Notes under the pieces: generated by a model
What the model was told of the DNA's origin: nothing
Seen by the model: only the letters and a program-made list of their open reading frames with translations
The model's database searches: none
Shown: positions 47,602-55,180 of the stretch, in pieces
Numbering within the stretch: the stretch's first letter is position 1
Layout of the letters: every line of letters starts with the position of its first letter
Origin: a virus
Taxonomy: Duplodnaviria > Heunggongvirae > Uroviricota > Caudoviricetes
DNA length: 64,000 bases
Direction: 5' to 3' (one strand)
Virus record (IMG/VR): IMGVR_UViG_3300031963_000058
Span: 24,100 to 88,099 of that record
Made by a program: the position numbers and the translations under genes

Positions 47602-47656
47602 CCTTAAACTTCATAATTTATTTCTTAAAAAAGATAATCAATAATTATCATACAAT

Positions 47657-47693
47657 AAAAAAATGCACAATCATTGGCGATTGTGCATTTTTA
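47657..47693. terminator. Bidirectional terminator hairpin (ATGCACAATC / GATTGTGCAT, 10-bp stem) with an A7 run and a T4 run
   Basis: Perfect inverted repeat between convergent genes. A near-identical copy lies at 48122..48160. Confidence 0.7.
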
Positions 47694-47710
47694 TGTGGGG
47701 GACATAGTTA

Positions 47711-48091
47711 TTAGTTATTTTCCATTTCATCAAATTTCTTGACTAAGAATTTCCATATTTTTTTAGCCATGCTGTAAGAGCAATCAATTACTTTATTATC
47801 ATACCTAACAATTAAACTATTCATAAGTAAAACAGGTATAGATGTATCTTCAATCTCTAAATATGTTTCGTCATGGAGCCTATACTTGATGATAGAATAA
47901 TTAGATTTTACAGATAGATTTTTAGGATTAAATGTGTTTTCAATATAATCTAATATCTCACTTAATTTTTTATCCTCATCTGAAGTTATTTTTTTATCAA
48001 AAAAAGCCTCGTCTAACTTTTTTTGTTCATTAATGACTTTTTTAACAATTTTTGTTAAATCATCTTCAGTCAATCTTATAATTCTTTTCAT
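47711..48091 (-). CDS. hypothetical protein with the shared N-terminal RLTE module (126 aa), paralogue of 48151
   Basis: N-terminus is MKRIIRLTEDDLTKIVKKVINEQKKLDEAF. Confidence 0.5.
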   Translation of the reverse strand: MKRIIRLTEDDLTKIVKKVINEQKKLDEAFFDKKITSDEDKKLSEILDYIENTFNPKNLSVKSNYSIIKYRLHDETYLEIEDTSIPVLLMNSLIVRYDNKVIDCSYSMAKKIWKFLVKKFDEMENN

Positions 48092-48121
48092 AATTATTTT
48101 TTTAATAATAAATATCTATAA

Positions 48122-48160
48122 TAAAAAAAAACACAATCATTGGCGATTGTTCATTTTTTT
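48122..48160 (-). terminator. Terminator hairpin (ACAATC ATTGGC GATTGT core) with an A9 run and a T7 run; duplicate of the 47657 cassette
   Basis: Near-identical sequence to 47657..47693. It lies 3' of 48151..48561. Confidence 0.6.
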
Positions 48161-48561
48161 ACGATCCTTTTGGGCTTATTAATAGGTTTAATAATTGATT
48201 TTGATTTAAAGAAATTCCATATTTTTCTGGCCATTATATACGAGCAACGAATCTCCTTACCATCTAATAATACAATCATGTTACTGTCTGGGGGTAAAGA
48301 TAACCAAGCATTCACCACCCTTAAAACTCCAGCAGAACCTCCAAAAATTCTGTATTCATACATATATCCATTAGGATATAGAGATAAATCATCTAGATTA
48401 AAATTATCTTTGATAATTTTAAAGATATTTTCTAACATTTCATCATTTTCTGAAGTGAATATACTACGAATAAAAGCCTCGTCTAAGTTTTTTTGTTCAT
48501 TAATTACTTTTTTAACAATCCTGGTTAAATCATCTTCAGTCAACCTTATAGTTCTTTTCAT
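48151..48561 (-). CDS. hypothetical protein with the shared N-terminal RLTE module (136 aa), paralogue of 47711
   Basis: N-terminus is MKRTIRLTEDDLTRIVKKVINEQKNLDEAF. The C-terminal halves also align (CSYIMARKIWNFF vs CSYSMAKKIWKFL). The antisense ORF 48140..48589 is rejected. Confidence 0.5.
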   Translation of the reverse strand: MKRTIRLTEDDLTRIVKKVINEQKNLDEAFIRSIFTSENDEMLENIFKIIKDNFNLDDLSLYPNGYMYEYRIFGGSAGVLRVVNAWLSLPPDSNMIVLLDGKEIRCSYIMARKIWNFFKSKSIIKPINKPKRIVKK

Positions 48562-48629
48562 AACTATTATTTTAACAATAAATATCTAGAATTTAAAAAA
48601 AAACTTTTTATAATTTCATATAATAGTCT

Positions 48630-48637
48630 TATCTTTG
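48630..48637 (+). promoter_or_regulatory. Bacteroidota-type -7 box TATCTTTG 4 nt from the ATG
   Basis: The arrangement is TATCTTTGTTGC-ATG. Confidence 0.45.
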
Positions 48638-48641
48638 TTGC

Positions 48642-49478
48642 ATGGAAGCAGGAAAATTTTATCTTATAAAAACAGATACCGGCGGAGCTTTGACCGGGCT
48701 TAGAGTTCATTGCTTAGCTGTTTATAGGACCCATGTTAGTTTATATCAAATGGGGATGCATTACTTTGTTCCACTATCCAGCCTTACATATTCTGAACTT
48801 AAGATGCCTGAGGTTGGTAAGCACTATCATATAAATGGAATTATTGATGGTGTTACACGCCACGATGTTGCGTTATGTGTAGAACATATCCGTGATATGG
48901 AGTTTAAGCTTGTATTCCCAGGTGGTAGATCGTTTTCTGTTGATGTTAGTAATTTAACATTCATTGAAGTTAATCCGGCAGAAATTACTGAGCCAAAAAA
49001 AATGCGGTATACGGATTTAACGCCAAATACACTTGTTAAAGCAGCAAATGACGCTATTGTTATTAGGTTGGGTACCACTAATATTGTTATTAAGTTATAC
49101 CCTAAACAGTTAATTGGGCCAGAGTTTGAATTAGATATTAAAAGACTACCATATACTGTTGTAAGAACATCAACACACGTTGGTAGTAAGTATTATAGGG
49201 ACGAAATGCCTATTCATATGTATACATTGACTGGTACATTAACAAACCTTAAATGTGGTGGCATTCTGTTCGATATAACAGATCTAAATCAACATGTGAC
49301 GCAACATACATTATATGTTGCACATAATTATTATCCCAAAAATGACAAAACACCTATGGTTCTTCAAAGCTTGTCACATAATGTTAAACTATTTAACTTA
49401 GGAAGTGCGACTTATGAATGTTGCATAGTATCTCCTGAAGATAAAACGTCGATTGAGCTTAATCAGCTTTTCGAATAA
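48642..49478 (+). CDS. member 2 of the 46-51 kb paralogue family (278 aa)
   Basis: Aligns with 46382 and 50267. The antisense ORF 48827..49078 is rejected. Confidence 0.5.
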   Translation: MEAGKFYLIKTDTGGALTGLRVHCLAVYRTHVSLYQMGMHYFVPLSSLTYSELKMPEVGKHYHINGIIDGVTRHDVALCVEHIRDMEFKLVFPGGRSFSVDVSNLTFIEVNPAEITEPKKMRYTDLTPNTLVKAANDAIVIRLGTTNIVIKLYPKQLIGPEFELDIKRLPYTVVRTSTHVGSKYYRDEMPIHMYTLTGTLTNLKCGGILFDITDLNQHVTQHTLYVAHNYYPKNDKTPMVLQSLSHNVKLFNLGSATYECCIVSPEDKTSIELNQLFE

Positions 49479-49498
49479 AAAATAAAAAAAATAAGAAA

Positions 49499-50260
49499 AT
49501 GCGTTTTTATAAACCAGCTAGAGCAAAAGAGACACGCAGAGGTTATTTCTCATATTTAACTGAAGCTGTTGGTAACTTAGTAACTTATTATGATCATAAA
49601 GGTTATAATTCAGACTTAATACTATATTTTGATTTGTGGGATATGCCAGGGTACGGTTCGGGGAATATGTTTGATGTAGCGTTTGAGAAACAAGATCATG
49701 ATGACTACAAAAATAACAAGTATGAGAACATCGAGTATTATCAGCCAGGTATCAACACATATCAAACATATTTTGACAATGATTTAAGATTAAAAACAGA
49801 GCAGATAATAGCGAAGCATTATATAATAAATGGTGATATTAAAAAATTATTGTATAATCGTTTTATTAATTATGATTTAAGCAAAACAATTGGTGTTCAT
49901 TACCGAACGACAGATATTACTTTACATCATCCTATAGTTCATATTAATAAAATATTTGAGGCTATTGAAGCGGAAGAGTTTGATCATATATTTTTGGCAA
50001 CCGATTCTAAAAATGAGTATTTCAAATTTAAACAACGATATGGTGAAAAACTTTTGTTTTTCGATAGGACAGCATCAGAAGACTCTATGGTTTTCTTTAG
50101 CAAAAAGAACCCACAAATCTTGATAGAAGAACATATTAAAGAACTTGTTTTCAGTGTTTTTGCCTTATCACAAACAAGAAAATTAATATGTACAAGATCC
50201 AATGTGTCAACATTTTCAATATTGTCTAATTCAAATCTTGATTTCACCATTTTAACATAA
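49499..50260 (+). CDS. putative fucosyltransferase-superfamily glycosyltransferase (GT11/GT23/POFUT-like)
   Basis: IGVHYRTTDI resembles motif I (IGVHVRRGDY) and HIFLATDS resembles the vf.aTDd motif of alpha-1,2/1,6 and O-fucosyltransferases. The match is weak. The antisense ORF 49984..50316 is rejected. Confidence 0.35.
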   Translation: MRFYKPARAKETRRGYFSYLTEAVGNLVTYYDHKGYNSDLILYFDLWDMPGYGSGNMFDVAFEKQDHDDYKNNKYENIEYYQPGINTYQTYFDNDLRLKTEQIIAKHYIINGDIKKLLYNRFINYDLSKTIGVHYRTTDITLHHPIVHINKIFEAIEAEEFDHIFLATDSKNEYFKFKQRYGEKLLFFDRTASEDSMVFFSKKNPQILIEEHIKELVFSVFALSQTRKLICTRSNVSTFSILSNSNLDFTILT

Positions 50261-50266
50261 AATAAA

Positions 50267-50734
50267 ATGATTGCCAGATACACAGACCTTGAACCTAACA
50301 AAAAAGTAAAAACCAATTATGATGAATACATTATCAGAATTGGTGACTCTAACGTAATGCTTCATGCAAGCTATCTATATGAGACTCCTGATGATCCAGA
50401 TATTTTTATGTTTCCCTGGAGAATGGAACGCACATACATGTATAATGATAAGCATATAAAAGGTATGCCGATGTGGATGCATGTTATGGATGGTCTTATG
50501 ACGCCCACGTCATGCGGAGGAAGGATTATATATCTTAATTCTGATGACGAAGTTATGGACAATACTACGGTTCTAATGATTCCTAGAGATAGCGACATTG
50601 AAACATCACCGTTGGCCAATATCGCTACAGAAGTAATTACTTTTGCTATTGACGGACAAAATTATGATGTGGCCATTATTCGTACAGAGAAGCAAGAATC
50701 CGTCGACCTGAAAGACTTTTTTACTCAGCGATAA
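50267..50734 (+). CDS. member 3 (short) of the 46-51 kb paralogue family (155 aa)
   Basis: IRIGDSNVMLHASYLY...TSCGGRIIY parallels the RLGTTNIVIKLYP...KCGGILF and FGNTNLILWFDMLY...TCGAKLF blocks of the other two members. Confidence 0.5.
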   Translation: MIARYTDLEPNKKVKTNYDEYIIRIGDSNVMLHASYLYETPDDPDIFMFPWRMERTYMYNDKHIKGMPMWMHVMDGLMTPTSCGGRIIYLNSDDEVMDNTTVLMIPRDSDIETSPLANIATEVITFAIDGQNYDVAIIRTEKQESVDLKDFFTQR

Positions 50735-50788
50735 AAAACATTTGACTATTTGATATAATAGTAGTAACTTTATTTTTGTAATCCATTT

Positions 50789-50919
50789 TAGTCAGGTGGC
50801 GGAATTGGTAACGCCCCGGTCTAAATCCGAAAAAGAGTAGTAGCTCTATGATGGATGAAAACCGGGTCAGCTTGTAGAGCTACACATACATGGTTGCAGG
50901 TTCGAGTCCTGCCCTGACT
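50789..50919 (+). tRNA. tRNA-like gene (131 nt) with a Leu-type D-arm and a large insertion in the anticodon/variable region
   Basis: A perfect 7-bp acceptor AGTCAGG pairs with CCTGACT; U8 is present. D-arm GCG-GAATTGGTAA-CGC. T-arm GCAGG-TTCGAGT-CCTGC. The stem CCCGGT...ACCGGG encloses about 40 nt that include TCTAAAT, with possible anticodon TAA (Leu), or CTA in the GTCTAAA register. Confidence 0.4.
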
Positions 50920-50940
50920 GATTACTTAAAACTTATTCTT

Positions 50941-51147
50941 ATGAAAGAACTAAAAGAATTTATTGAAGACGGTATTACTATCTCCAAAACAAATAGCGGA
51001 TATGAAGTTTTTACTATAAAAACGCAGAAATTCAATATTAACTCTCTCGATGAATTGACTCCGGAGAGTTTTATGACTGCAATTGAAAGCCAAAGAAAAT
51101 TGACAGAACTACAAAATCAGATCTACACAGCGTCTGGCTTACCATAA
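50941..51147 (+). CDS. small hypothetical protein (68 aa)
   Basis: ATG at 50941; the listed ORF starts at 50890, inside the tRNA-like gene. Confidence 0.4.
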   Translation: MKELKEFIEDGITISKTNSGYEVFTIKTQKFNINSLDELTPESFMTAIESQRKLTELQNQIYTASGLP

Positions 51148-51171
51148 AATATATTATATAAACATAGTATG

Positions 51172-51210
51172 ACGATTACTAGGGTAATACCTGGTAATCG
51201 TTTTTTTTAT
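51172..51210. terminator. Hairpin (ACGATTAC...GTAATCGT) plus a T8 run between convergent genes
   Basis: 8-bp stem plus T-run. It marks the proximal boundary of the tandem array. Confidence 0.55.
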
Positions 51211-51227
51211 TCATACTAATAGTATAA

Positions 51228-51533
51228 TTACTTTGGTGTATGAAGTTTATATGTAACCTCTTTAATAGTATTTATATGAATTTCAAATTTATTCTCAATC
51301 CAGGAACTAAAAATCATTTCAAAGTCTTCTTTTGATACTGGGACTATCTTAGTAAGATCATCTCTGAATCTTTTATAGTAATACACAACACCGGTCCAGT
51401 GAATGCGGACGATAGAGGCACGATCATCTTTATTGTAAAGCTCTATATTATTTTTGTTTTCAATGACAATCAGCTTGTCAAACCTGGAATAGAACCAGTT
51501 CATGGTTCTACGATATGATTTATGGTTGTCCAT
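51228..51533 (-). CDS. ~100-aa tandem array family, subfamily A, copy 1
   Basis: Has the family pattern Y..I..W.Y..FDKL.V...........IVRIH..G.VYYY..F...L.KI.P....DFE....W.E.KF.I. Confidence 0.55.
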   Translation of the reverse strand: MDNHKSYRRTMNWFYSRFDKLIVIENKNNIELYNKDDRASIVRIHWTGVVYYYKRFRDDLTKIVPVSKEDFEMIFSSWIENKFEIHINTIKEVTYKLHTPK

Positions 51534-51572
51534 AATAATTAATTTGTTAGTTTAATTTTAAAAATTTTTTGA

Positions 51573-51872
51573 CTATTGTGATATTGAACTTGCGTGTATC
51601 TTAATTACTTTTATTTTAAATTTATCTTCGATCCAGGATGTTAAAAACAGTTCGAAGTCGTTGATACTTATTGGTATAATTTTAACTAGATCAAGCATAA
51701 AATCTTCATAATAAAAGATTTCACCTTCATTGTTTATCAAATATACTCGTATAACAGAATCTTCTTCTATATCAAAAAGATTTATTTTTTCATTGGTAGT
51801 ATAAAACGTCAGCATATCAAACTTGTGATAAAACCATTTCCTGATTTTAATATATGATTTTTCATTCTTCAT
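51573..51872 (-). CDS. ~100-aa tandem array family, subfamily A, copy 2
   Basis: Contains KWFYHKFDML...IRVYLINNEGEIFYYEDF...DFELFLTSWIEDKFKIKV. Confidence 0.6.
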   Translation of the reverse strand: MKNEKSYIKIRKWFYHKFDMLTFYTTNEKINLFDIEEDSVIRVYLINNEGEIFYYEDFMLDLVKIIPISINDFELFLTSWIEDKFKIKVIKIHASSISQ

Positions 51873-51885
51873 GATCCTGTGTTTC

Positions 51886-52170
51886 TTAGATTTTGACGTG
51901 CATTTTAGTTAGTTTTATTTTGAATTTATCTTCGATCCATTCTCTCAGAAACATTTCAAAATCTGCATTTTTAATAGGGATAACACTAACCAGATCATAC
52001 CTGAAGAATACGAAATAAAATGCTTCTTTTTCCGATTTATATATACGGACCACAGAAAACTCATGCTTATCCCTAAGCACTATTTTTTCAGTGTCCTCAG
52101 ATTCTTTCAACTTATCAAATTGGTTATAAAACCATCTCCTGGTTTTAAGATATAACTTATTTTCGCTCAT
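51886..52170 (-). CDS. ~100-aa tandem array family, subfamily A, copy 3
   Basis: Contains RWFYNQFDKL...VVRIYKSEKEAFYFVFF...DFEMFLREWIEDKFKIKL. Confidence 0.6.
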   Translation of the reverse strand: MSENKLYLKTRRWFYNQFDKLKESEDTEKIVLRDKHEFSVVRIYKSEKEAFYFVFFRYDLVSVIPIKNADFEMFLREWIEDKFKIKLTKMHVKI

Positions 52171-52196
52171 ATAACATATACTTTGATTGGGCCATA

Positions 52197-52496
52197 TTAG
52201 TTATAATCACTTTCACGTACATCATCGATTTTTAGGCCGAATTTCTCTTCGATCCATTTTACCAAGAACAATTCAAAATCCGATGTTTCTAATGGTATTA
52301 TTTTAGTTAAATAATATCTGAATCCGGCATAATAATATACCAAAATCTCATCATCATATATATAAATCCGAACAAATTTCGATTTATTATCTTTACTACT
52401 GAGGATTATACGATTTTCATCTGCGGTCACAATCAACTGATCAAATTTCATGTAAAACCATCTTATGACTTTAATATATAACTTATTTTCGCTCAT
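52197..52496 (-). CDS. ~100-aa tandem array family, subfamily A, copy 4
   Basis: Contains RWFYMKFDQLIV...SSKDNKSKFVRIYIYDDEILVYYY...DFELFLVKWIEEKFGLKI. It is preceded by the 26-nt junction ATAACATATACTTTGATTGGGCCATA, identical to the one at 52497. Confidence 0.6.
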   Translation of the reverse strand: MSENKLYIKVIRWFYMKFDQLIVTADENRIILSSKDNKSKFVRIYIYDDEILVYYYAGFRYYLTKIIPLETSDFELFLVKWIEEKFGLKIDDVRESDYN

Positions 52497-52522
52497 ATAA
52501 CATATACTTTGATTGGGCCATA

Positions 52523-52822
52523 TTACTTATAATCACTTTCATATACATAATCGATTTTTAGGCCGAATTTATCTTCGATCCATTCTTTCAAGAAAAATTC
52601 AAAGTCCAATCTTTCTAATGGTATTATTTTAGTTAACTGATATTTGAATCTAATATAATAATATACCAAAATCTCATCATCATATATATAAATCCGAACA
52701 AATTTCGATTTATTATCTTTACTACTGAGATTTATATTATCTTCATCTACAGTCACAATCAACTGATCAAATTTCTTGTAAAACCATCTCCTGGTTTTAA
52801 GATATAATAGTTCTTTACTCAT
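52523..52822 (-). CDS. ~100-aa tandem array family, subfamily A, copy 5
   Basis: The 24-aa block SSKDNKSKFVRIYIYDDEILVYYY is identical to copy 4, while the flanks differ, so the copies are mosaic. Confidence 0.6.
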   Translation of the reverse strand: MSKELLYLKTRRWFYKKFDQLIVTVDEDNINLSSKDNKSKFVRIYIYDDEILVYYYIRFKYQLTKIIPLERLDFEFFLKEWIEDKFGLKIDYVYESDYK

Positions 52823-52831
52823 AATACTATT

Positions 52832-53131
52832 TTAATAAACCGATTCATTGAATGGCCGGATAATTCGCACATTTATATTGAATTTATTTTCAACCCAATT
52901 GGCTAAAATAGTGTCAAAGTCGGATTGTGATATCGGGAACAGTTTAAACAACTTGTGCATATAATTTACATCGTAAAATACTTCACCATAATTTAGATAA
53001 ATTCGAATATCGCATTTAAAATCAATATATGTGTGAAGATGTAAAACTTTGCGTTCAGTGACAATTGTCAACTTTTCAAACTGATTATAAAACCATCTCC
53101 CGGCTTTAACATAAAATTTTAGTTTACTCAT
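52832..53131 (-). CDS. ~100-aa tandem array family, subfamily A, copy 6
   Basis: Contains RWFYNQFEKL...IRIYLNYGEVFYDVNY...DFDTILANWVENKFNINV. Confidence 0.55.
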   Translation of the reverse strand: MSKLKFYVKAGRWFYNQFEKLTIVTERKVLHLHTYIDFKCDIRIYLNYGEVFYDVNYMHKLFKLFPISQSDFDTILANWVENKFNINVRIIRPFNESVY

Positions 53132-53173
53132 ATTGGCAAATGTTTTTAAGATTCAATAGCCTGAAATATATCT

Positions 53174-53479
53174 TCAAAGTAAAGCATTTAAATACCAACT
53201 GTAGCTGTTGACTTTTTTAACTTTAATTCCGAATTTATGTTCGACCCACATAATTAAAAGTATTTCAAAATCAACGTTTGGTACCGGAAATTTTTGAATG
53301 ACTTTTTTCTTGAAATCTGTCATATAATAAACAATGCCGAACTTTTTATATATTCTAATTACAGAATATTCGTCGTCGTAAGGGCTAAGGTCTATTTTAT
53401 CCTCATCTTCTCTCACGAACAACACATCAAATTTCTTATAAAGAACCCTTCTTGCCGCTAGATATAATTTATCATCCAT
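53174..53479 (-). CDS. ~100-aa tandem array family, subfamily A, copy 7
   Basis: Contains RRVLYKKFDVL...VIRIYKKFGIVYYMTDF...DFEILLIMWVEHKFGIKV. Confidence 0.55.
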   Translation of the reverse strand: MDDKLYLAARRVLYKKFDVLFVREDEDKIDLSPYDDEYSVIRIYKKFGIVYYMTDFKKKVIQKFPVPNVDFEILLIMWVEHKFGIKVKKVNSYSWYLNALL

Positions 53480-53516
53480 AATAATCTTTTATCTTAATAA
53501 ATATAACATCTTCATA

Positions 53517-53813
53517 TTATGGCCGGAATCTCATTCTATATATGTTATTTATTTTAACTTTAAATTTTTCGTCAATCCATTGACATAAAAGCAATTCGAA
53601 GTCTTCTATTTGCATGGGGAATACATTAATGATCCTTTGCATGTAATCTTCGTAATAAAAAACCCTTTCAAGCTCTTTATAAATGTGAATAGTAATGCGA
53701 GGATCGTCGTCATGGCGAAGTTCTACAACATGATCAGATTCCCATACACCCAGGTTATTAAACTTCCTGTAGGTCCATTTTTGAGCCACACGGTATAATT
53801 TATCTTTGAGCAT
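53517..53813 (-). CDS. ~100-aa tandem array family, subfamily A, copy 8
   Basis: Contains KWTYRKFNNL...ITIHIYKELERVFYYEDY...DFELLLCQWIDEKFKVKI. The antisense ORF 53610..53798 is rejected. Confidence 0.55.
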   Translation of the reverse strand: MLKDKLYRVAQKWTYRKFNNLGVWESDHVVELRHDDDPRITIHIYKELERVFYYEDYMQRIINVFPMQIEDFELLLCQWIDEKFKVKINNIYRMRFRP

Positions 53814-54159
53814 AAATCATATAACTAACTTGGGGGTTAACTATTAACAAGTCAAAAGCTATGACTTCAGTTACTTTAATATCAAATTTATATTGTACCC
53901 ATTTTTTTAGCAGTAATTCGAAATCTTCGATTTGCATGGGGAATAACTTAATTATTTTTTTCATGTAATCTACGTTATAACATACACAACCATCACTTTT
54001 GTAAATTCGAATAATAGTCTTATTGTTGAGACAAGAACACAGAGTAATGCAAGATGGCTCATTGTCTTGTTCTTTCACCAGAGTATCGAACTTATTATTA
54101 ATCCATTTTCCGGCTATGTTATATAGCTTTTCTTTATCCATGATTGTACATGCTAGCAC
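53800..54159 (-). CDS. ~100-aa tandem array family, subfamily A, copy 9
   Basis: Contains KWINNKFDTL...IIRIYKSDGCVCYNVDY...DFELLLKKWVQYKFDIKV. The likely start is the internal MDKEKLY at about 54141. Confidence 0.55.
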   Translation of the reverse strand: MLACTIMDKEKLYNIAGKWINNKFDTLVKEQDNEPSCITLCSCLNNKTIIRIYKSDGCVCYNVDYMKKIIKLFPMQIEDFELLLKKWVQYKFDIKVTEVIAFDLLIVNPQVSYMIYAQR

Positions 54160-54451
54160 TAGAGGAAACTTCTATTATTTCAATGTTATAATTATCTTTA
54201 ACCCAATTCTTCAATAAGAAATTAAATAGGCTGATTTTCATTGGTAACATACTAGTAAGTTTATTTCTATATCCTCCTAAATAACAAACAAGATTACGAT
54301 TTTTATAGATCACAATAGTTGAGTCAGTATCACCTTTACGCTTAAGTGATATTTTTTCGATATCTTCAGATACGACCAGATTACTAAGTTTCCTTTGTAA
54401 CCATTTTTGAGTTATAGTATATAGCTTATCTTCGTTCATAGTAAAGAACAA
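54134..54451 (-). CDS. ~100-aa tandem array family, subfamily A, copy 10
   Basis: Contains KWLQRKLSNL...IVIYKNRNLVCYLGGY...SLFNFLLKNWVKDNYNIEI. Confidence 0.5.
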   Translation of the reverse strand: MFFTMNEDKLYTITQKWLQRKLSNLVVSEDIEKISLKRKGDTDSTIVIYKNRNLVCYLGGYRNKLTSMLPMKISLFNFLLKNWVKDNYNIEIIEVSSSASMYNHG

Positions 54452-54528
54452 AGGTACAGGATAAAATTAACAAATTCAAATAATTAAAAATAAATTGGGG
54501 GAGCTAAAATGGGGGGGATATGTACAAA

Positions 54529-54822
54529 TTAAAAAAGGAGGTCAATGATTTTATTTATTTTAATTTCACATTTACTTTCAATCCATCTACGTAAAAGAAT
54601 CTCAAAATCAATGATATTTAAGGCAAGTTTTTTACTAACTAGGTCTCTCAAGCGATGTGTATAATAAACATTACCTGTGGCTTTATAAATTCGTATAACA
54701 AAAAAAGAATCATTTTTATAACCGAAATATAAATTTTCTTCACAGTTTGAGATTACGTGCAGTTCATCAAATTTGCTATAAACCCATTTTTTTATGCTAT
54801 TATGATATTTTTCTTTATACAT
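54529..54822 (-). CDS. ~100-aa tandem array family, subfamily B, copy 1
   Basis: Contains KKWVYSKFDELHV...VIRIYKATGNVYYTHRL...DFEILLRRWIESKCEIKI. Confidence 0.6.
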   Translation of the reverse strand: MYKEKYHNSIKKWVYSKFDELHVISNCEENLYFGYKNDSFFVIRIYKATGNVYYTHRLRDLVSKKLALNIIDFEILLRRWIESKCEIKINKIIDLLF

Positions 54823-54827
54823 GCCAT

Positions 54828-55154
54828 TTAAAAATTAGAGTTAAAACCAGGTATGCGGACATCTGTTGTCTGTCTGATACTTTTCACATGTATTTTAAAT
54901 TTTTCTTCAACCCATCTACCCAAGAGTATTTCAAAATCTTCATATTCTAGTCGAATAAACTTAAAAAGTTTCTTTGCGAAACCATGATAATAAAAAACTC
55001 GGCCTGTGTGTTTAAAAATTAGGATCTGAGCGTAATCATCTCTATCGTAATGTAAATAACTTACAAGCCCATTAGGGTTATCATATAATTTTAGCTCGTC
55101 GAACTTTTTATATAACAATTTTTTTATGCTATTATAATATTGCTCTTTATCCAT
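54828..55154 (-). CDS. ~100-aa tandem array family, subfamily B, copy 2
   Basis: Contains MDKEQYYNSIKKLLYKKFDEL...DFEILLGRWVEEKFKIHV. Confidence 0.6.
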   Translation of the reverse strand: MDKEQYYNSIKKLLYKKFDELKLYDNPNGLVSYLHYDRDDYAQILIFKHTGRVFYYHGFAKKLFKFIRLEYEDFEILLGRWVEEKFKIHVKSIRQTTDVRIPGFNSNF

Positions 55155-55180
55155 ATTTAAAGATTTATAGTTTACCTTTA

